DNA of 64,000 bases from Bacteroidales bacterium (lineage in GTDB: Bacteria; Bacteroidota; Bacteroidia; Bacteroidales; WCHB1-69), in NCBI GenBank assembly GCA_017438945.1, contig JAFRUI010000003.1:8664-72663 (forward strand), written 5' to 3'. Position numbers and translations under genes: made by a program. Of the stretch, positions 58,850-64,000 are shown piece after piece. The stretch's first letter is position 1. Every line of letters starts with the position of its first letter. The notes under the pieces are model-generated. The model did not search any database. It worked only from the letters and a program-made list of their open reading frames with translations, and was not told the origin of the DNA.

Positions 58850-60322
58850 ATGCCTGAACAATCGTTAAAAGAAAAAACCGTTCGTGGAGTAGGGTGGAGT
58901 GCGGCTGAAGCTTTCTTGGGACATGGAGTGTCGTTTATTGTAGGCCTTGTATTAGCACGACTGCTCACCCCTGATGAGTATGGCCTTATTGGCATTGTTA
59001 CGATCTTCACCACGGTGTTGTCGGGGTTTGTGGATTGTGGTTTCGCCAATTCTCTCATCCGTAAACCCAAAGTTACCAATGATGATTACAATACCATGTT
59101 TATCGTAAACATGGTGATGAGTGTGGCTATGTATATGTTGCTTTATTTTGCGGCACCTGCCATTGCTCGTTTTTTCAACAGAACAGAATTGGTTGTGCTG
59201 GTTCGTGCGATGGGCTTTTTGCTGATTCTGCAAGCTCTGTCCATTGTACAAAACACTATTCTCATTCGGAATGTAGATTTCAAAACTAAAACTAAAGCAT
59301 CAATCATTTCTTCTGTCATAAGTGGCATCGTGGGTATTGTTATGGCTTTGTCTAGTTGCGGGGTGTGGAGTCTGGTGGTGCAGAGCTTTGTTTACCGGTC
59401 TGTCTATACTATATTCTTATGGAATTTTAACCGATGGTGGCCAAAATGGAGGTTCTGTATGGACAGCTGCAGATATATGTGGGGATTTGGATGGAAGTTG
59501 CTGGTTAGCGGTTTGATAGACAGAGTGTGGTCCCAGTTGTACCAGACAGTGGTCGGTAAGTTTTATACTCCTGCAACATTGGGCCAATATTCTCGGGCTA
59601 AAGATTATGCTGCTTTGTTTTCCAGCAACCTTAATGCAATTGTCCAACGAGTGAGTTATCCGGTATTGGCACAGCTCCAAGAAGACGTATCACGCATGGT
59701 TGCTGCTTATAGGCGGGTTATCAAAACAACCATGTTTGTTACAGTTATCATTATGTTTATGATGGGTGCTGTGGCAGAACCTCTCATCTATTGTCTTATA
59801 GGACCGCAATGGCATCAGGCTGCCACATTTCTTCCTTTTATATGTGTCAGTATGTCATTTTACCCGCTTCATTCCATCAATCTTAATATGCTTCAAGTGC
59901 AAGGCAGAACAGATATTTTCCTCAAACTTGAGATAATAAAGAAATTTTTAGCAGTAGGTCCCCTCTGTCTTGGCATTTTTTTGAATATTTATTGGATGCT
60001 TATCGGTAGTGTGATTTTGAATATAATTTGTATCTTTATCAATACAAATTATACAGGAAAAAAGTTGGGATATCCTTGGTGGATGCAAATGAGGGATGTT
60101 GCTCCCTCGTATGGAATAGGACTGTTGATTGCGCTGTCTGTCTATTTTTTCAAATACTTGCCCGTTTCTTACTTCGTTATCCTCCCAATACAAGTAATTA
60201 TAGGGGCGATTGTGCTTCTTGTTGTTTGTAAAGTCACAAAATTGCCGGAATATGAAGAGGTGAAAGGGATGTTGGGCGATTATCTTGAAGGTATAAAACG
60301 TAAAAGTCGCATTCGCAAGTAA
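58850..60322 (+). CDS. wzx: Wzx flippase (WzxC-like)
   Basis: LK.KT..G..WS, LARLL.P.EYGL, GVWSLV, FGWKLL, LGQYSRA and LI...W; many TM segments. Confidence 0.93.
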   Translation: MPEQSLKEKTVRGVGWSAAEAFLGHGVSFIVGLVLARLLTPDEYGLIGIVTIFTTVLSGFVDCGFANSLIRKPKVTNDDYNTMFIVNMVMSVAMYMLLYFAAPAIARFFNRTELVVLVRAMGFLLILQALSIVQNTILIRNVDFKTKTKASIISSVISGIVGIVMALSSCGVWSLVVQSFVYRSVYTIFLWNFNRWWPKWRFCMDSCRYMWGFGWKLLVSGLIDRVWSQLYQTVVGKFYTPATLGQYSRAKDYAALFSSNLNAIVQRVSYPVLAQLQEDVSRMVAAYRRVIKTTMFVTVIIMFMMGAVAEPLIYCLIGPQWHQAATFLPFICVSMSFYPLHSINLNMLQVQGRTDIFLKLEIIKKFLAVGPLCLGIFLNIYWMLIGSVILNIICIFINTNYTGKKLGYPWWMQMRDVAPSYGIGLLIALSVYFFKYLPVSYFVILPIQVIIGAIVLLVVCKVTKLPEYEEVKGMLGDYLEGIKRKSRIRK

Positions 60323-60417
60323 TCCCCTCGAGTTCTCCCTTGTGGGCGAAATGAGGGGTCAACTCTAGTATGGAATTGTTGCCGCCAATGAAATTCAACA
60401 AGATAGGATAATTTTAT

Positions 60418-61398
60418 ATGGACAGTAAGTTTAAATATATGGTTTGCACGCAGTGCATCACTTACAATCATAAACTTTTCATAGAGGACGCATTGCATGG
60501 GTTTGCCATACAGAAAACGACATTCCCAATCGTCACAGTGGTGATTGACGATGCTTCTACTGATGGGGAAGGACAGCTCTTGCGCCATTGGACGGCTGAA
60601 AACTTGGATTTGGAGTCCGAAAGTGCTTTTGAAAGAGACCCCGAGTATGCGCACATTATTTGTGCACCACTGAAAGATAATGTGCTGCATACCTTTGTTT
60701 TTTTATTTCTGCGGGAAAACCATTATAGCCAAAATAAATCTAAGAACCCCTATTTTGATGAATGGACTAGTAATGCAAAATATCTGGCCACATGTGAGGG
60801 AGATGATTATTGGACAGAACCGTTAAAGTTGCAAAAACAGGTGGATTATTTGGAACGATTTCCAGATGTCTCGGTCACCTGTCATCGTTATAAAGTGTAT
60901 GATTTGGAATTGGACAAATGGGATACAGATGGAAATGAAAAAAGATTCAGTGGTGTTAAGGATGGCTTCCGTTTCAATTCTTCACAAAATACAGGTTGGA
61001 TGACCAAATATCTTTCTCTGGTATATAGGGCAGAAGTTCTTGACGAATATCGAAAAATGGGAAGTAGTTTGGATTATATTTTGGTGTATTTTCTATTTAA
61101 GAATGGGGACGCGTATATATTCAATGAGTTTTGGGGGGTGTATAGGAGACACGAAGGTGGTGTTTGGAGTAAAAGCTCAATGTTGAGGAAAGCTCAAAAA
61201 GCGTATGCGGCAGTCAAACATTTATATGAATTTGACCCTAATCCAAACACTCGCTATAAATATTACGACCGATATGCGACACTGTTTGTGTTGTCGAGAG
61301 GCGGTGTGTTGTTCCAAGAGAAATTTGAAATCAGAAAGTTTCTTTCTCTGTTCCGTTTTTTGGGGTTGAAAATGTATTATCGTTTACTTAACAGATAA
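60418..61398 (+). CDS. GT2-family glycosyltransferase
   Basis: ITYNH, IDDASTDG, CEGDDYW, KLQKQVDYLE and YRRHEGGVWS. Confidence 0.92.
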   Translation: MDSKFKYMVCTQCITYNHKLFIEDALHGFAIQKTTFPIVTVVIDDASTDGEGQLLRHWTAENLDLESESAFERDPEYAHIICAPLKDNVLHTFVFLFLRENHYSQNKSKNPYFDEWTSNAKYLATCEGDDYWTEPLKLQKQVDYLERFPDVSVTCHRYKVYDLELDKWDTDGNEKRFSGVKDGFRFNSSQNTGWMTKYLSLVYRAEVLDEYRKMGSSLDYILVYFLFKNGDAYIFNEFWGVYRRHEGGVWSKSSMLRKAQKAYAAVKHLYEFDPNPNTRYKYYDRYATLFVLSRGGVLFQEKFEIRKFLSLFRFLGLKMYYRLLNR

Positions 61399-61402
61399 AG
61401 GG

Positions 61403-62611
61403 ATGCCAACAGTTTTTGTTTACACGCTTTTAATTGTATTTATGCTTTTATGCTTTTTCTGTGTTATGCAGGTGAGCCCTTATGGTAGGAACATGTATGG
61501 CACGGGTAATAAGAATATATCTGTTGCATATAAGGCCTTTTTCGCACTTCCGTTATTAGCCATTGCGGTTACATGTGGTGTCCGATATGACGTAGGATAT
61601 GACCACTTAGGTTATCTCAACATTTATTTGTATGGCTATCCATGGAGACAACATGAAATATTATATGTTGTGATACAGAATGCTTTTTCATTGTGCAAAT
61701 TACCCTATCCTCTTCTTTTCGGATTTCTCGCGTTAATTGAATCGTTCTTTTTTTTCATGGCTTTTCGAAAAGAACCGAAATTGCTTGTTTGGCTGGCCAT
61801 ATATTTATTCTTTGATGGTTTGATGGGAAGTTGGAACAATATTATACGTGCCTCAATAGCAGGGTGTATTTGGATTTATTCCATAGACTATATCGTTGAG
61901 AAAAAACCAATACCATACTTTGTTTTTAATGCAATAGCCACAGGCTTTCATAGTTCTGCTGTTCTGTTGTTTGTGGCTTACCCTCTTTTTTCTCAGGGGA
62001 GGGACTTGTTCAAAAATGTCAGATTGCAGTATTTGCTGTTGTTGTTGGCTTTTTTTATTCGAATAACCTTTTTCAGGTATTCAGACCAGATATCAAGATT
62101 GACGGAAATTTTTTCCTTTATTTCCTCGAGATATGAGTCGTATGTGCTCTCGGGCTTGTCGGCTGATAATGTGGGACATCAGAATGCGGGGACTTCCATG
62201 GCTTTCTATATGGTTATCATAATCAATGTCATAATAATAGCCTACAGCAAAAAAATGCATTCCTATTTTAATTCTAAAAGATTCAATGTCATTTACAACA
62301 TTTATTTTATAGGCGTTCTCACATTCTATATGTTTCCTGTAGGATTGTACGCATTGACGCGTCCTTTCAGATACTTTTATTTCTTCAGGCCGATTATGTT
62401 GGCTTACTTCTCTCTTTATTTATACGAAAACAGAAAACGGCTACGTGAGTTCTGGACTCTTATGCTGGTTGTGGTGTCGTTCACTGGGATATTCTACGGG
62501 TCCATGTTAAAGGGCTCGACGGGCGGCTTGTCCAAATATCCGACCTATATCCAACACCCTGAGACGCCTTTGAAGCCGATTTATAAACCTCACTCTGTTT
62601 TTGTAAACTGA
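61403..62611 (+). CDS. EpsG-family membrane protein (probable Wzy polymerase)
   Basis: RYDVGYD..Y, E..Y, N.IR..IA and FH.SA; about 10 TM segments. Confidence 0.85.
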   Translation: MPTVFVYTLLIVFMLLCFFCVMQVSPYGRNMYGTGNKNISVAYKAFFALPLLAIAVTCGVRYDVGYDHLGYLNIYLYGYPWRQHEILYVVIQNAFSLCKLPYPLLFGFLALIESFFFFMAFRKEPKLLVWLAIYLFFDGLMGSWNNIIRASIAGCIWIYSIDYIVEKKPIPYFVFNAIATGFHSSAVLLFVAYPLFSQGRDLFKNVRLQYLLLLLAFFIRITFFRYSDQISRLTEIFSFISSRYESYVLSGLSADNVGHQNAGTSMAFYMVIIINVIIIAYSKKMHSYFNSKRFNVIYNIYFIGVLTFYMFPVGLYALTRPFRYFYFFRPIMLAYFSLYLYENRKRLREFWTLMLVVVSFTGIFYGSMLKGSTGGLSKYPTYIQHPETPLKPIYKPHSVFVN

Positions 62612-62730
62612 TTTTTGGTTAGGAGATACGATTGCGCAAGCCCCTCCCGCTGTTCATAACTTGTTAACAACTTTTCGCCCGCGAATAGCAAAGAGTATTC
62701 AAGCGTTTTGTAGTTTTGCAGTTTCAAATG

Positions 62731-62904
62731 TGACTGGATACTGGATACTGGAGACTGATGAATTAGGAATGAAGAATGAAGAAAGTTGAATGATAAATGA
62801 AGACTGAAGACTGAAGAATCTTAATGTCCAATAGATAATATCCAAAGCATATCCCTAACGTATAACCACCAAAGTCTATAGTCCACAGTCCACAGTCCAC
62901 CGTC
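62731..62904. repeat. Heptamer arrays (atactgg, gaatgaa, gaagact, agtccac) in the adhesin leader
   Basis: Read directly, downstream of a TAGTTTTG -7 element at 62711-62718. Confidence 0.8.
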
Positions 62905-62968
62905 CTAAAGAAGATAACGAATAAACCTTTTTATAACTAACCTTATTATTCACCAAAAATCAAACGTT

Positions 62969-64000
62969 ATGAAAAAATTCCTATTATTTTTGATGTTTGC
63001 GCTGTTCTGCATCCCATGGGCGGCGAACGCACAACAAGCATTGCCGTATTCGTATGGCTTTGAAGACAACGATCTCTCTGCTGACGGCTGGGTGACAGTC
63101 TCTACTGCTAGTTCTGGTATTATTCCAGCTCAGGAGGATTATGATATTTATCCTCATAACGGTACGTATTTATTTTATTTCTCTTATCAGGATGCGGAAG
63201 ATGCTGATGTGTACCTTGTGTCGCCTCAGCTTACTGGTGGCACTTTTGGCGTGTCAGTCTCTTTTTATTATATGGCAATTGATGCCAGTTATCTTGATCA
63301 TTTCAAGGTAGGATACACCACCGATGCTAGTGTTACCGACCCAACTCAGTTCATTTATGGTGATCTGATTACCGCTAGTACTTCTTGGCAAGAGTACACT
63401 GCTGTGTTGCCAGCGGGAGCTGTACGTGTCGCTATTATGTATGATCAGGATAATTATGATGATGGAGACGTCTTTTTACTTGACGACTTTACTTTTGAGG
63501 TTCCAAGCGACTGTGCCAAACCTACCAATCTTGTTGTGACCTATGAGGGCGGCACTACTGCCACTGTGACGTGGGAAAGCGACGCCCATTCATTTAATAT
63601 TGATGTGAACGGCATGGTAACATCCGTGACTGGTAACACGTACACCTTGAACGACCTTGAATACGCTACCTCTTATACCGTGCAGGTGCAGGCCGACTGC
63701 GGCGGCGAGCTGAGCGGATGGGCCAGCCAAAGCTTCCGCACTGAATGCGATGTGACCCCCCTGCCTTTCTTCTGCGGCTTTGAAGACGAATCAGAGTATG
63801 AATGTTTGTCCCTCTCTAATACGGCAAGCGGAACCGGCCTTACGAATGGCACCGATTATGTCCACAGCGGCAGTCTCGCTTTTGCATTCGCTTACAACAC
63901 AAATCCTCCCCAATACCTCCTCTTCCCTGAGTTTGCTGGAACCGCAGCTATTAATATGTCGTTCTTCTATAAGATTAGAAGTAGTAACTATCCTGAGACA
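62969..64000 (+). CDS. Secreted surface protein with cleaved-adhesin-like and FN3 repeats (partial; probable T9SS cargo)
   Basis: Not in the ORF track. Open from ATG 62969 to the window end: signal peptide MKKFLLFLMFALFCIPWAANAQ, LPYSYGFE...YLVSP...FKVGYTT...WQEY...LDDF, FN3 (CAKPTNL...VTW...L...TSYTVQVQADC), then a second LPF.CGFE repeat. Confidence 0.85.
   Translation, partial: MKKFLLFLMFALFCIPWAANAQQALPYSYGFEDNDLSADGWVTVSTASSGIIPAQEDYDIYPHNGTYLFYFSYQDAEDADVYLVSPQLTGGTFGVSVSFYYMAIDASYLDHFKVGYTTDASVTDPTQFIYGDLITASTSWQEYTAVLPAGAVRVAIMYDQDNYDDGDVFLLDDFTFEVPSDCAKPTNLVVTYEGGTTATVTWESDAHSFNIDVNGMVTSVTGNTYTLNDLEYATSYTVQVQADCGGELSGWASQSFRTECDVTPLPFFCGFEDESEYECLSLSNTASGTGLTNGTDYVHSGSLAFAFAYNTNPPQYLLFPEFAGTAAINMSFFYKIRSSNYPET

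Noticed and set aside
60323-60358. Hairpin between wzx and the GT2 gene
   Set aside because: Short imperfect stem with no T tail; not enough to call a terminator or RNA element.

Overview
A 64-kb chromosomal segment of a Bacteroidales-type bacterium, judged from the TAnnTTTG promoters, UpxY and a T9SS-type adhesin. Bases 1-19.4 kb are core or housekeeping genes: panC (partial), a PHP/DRTGG/HATPase trio, a glycogen synthase-phosphorylase fusion, thiN, a RelB/DinJ-PIN toxin-antitoxin pair, an SDR, a nucleotidyltransferase, DUF2461, panB, RluA, a cysteine desulfurase, EamA, two PPIases, dut and a TPR protein. Many intergenic gaps here are filled with short 6-9-bp tandem-repeat arrays. Bases 19.7-62.6 kb are one ~43-kb co-oriented Wzx/Wzy capsular polysaccharide locus (upxY, wza, wzc, phosphatase, rmlAB, ugd, fnlABC, aminotransferases, wzx, EpsG/Wzy). 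It has only three glycosyltransferases plus an initiating transferase, but a very large tailoring set: six ATP-grasp ligases (three as tandem paralogs), two GNATs, three opine-type reductive-condensation dehydrogenases from two structural families, and a single-chain cobalamin-dependent glutamate-mutase-like enzyme. My best candidate for an undescribed system is a B12-radical mutase -> opine dehydrogenase -> ATP-grasp route that decorates the capsule with unusual amino-acid or opine substituents; this is inferred from motifs and gene context. A Septu-like ATPase+HNH defence pair, a structured repeat element and pseudogene debris interrupt the locus, and a REP-like palindrome sits in frame inside an aminotransferase. 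A surface adhesin gene starts at 62969 and runs off the end. All calls rest on motif recognition by eye; no searches were run.
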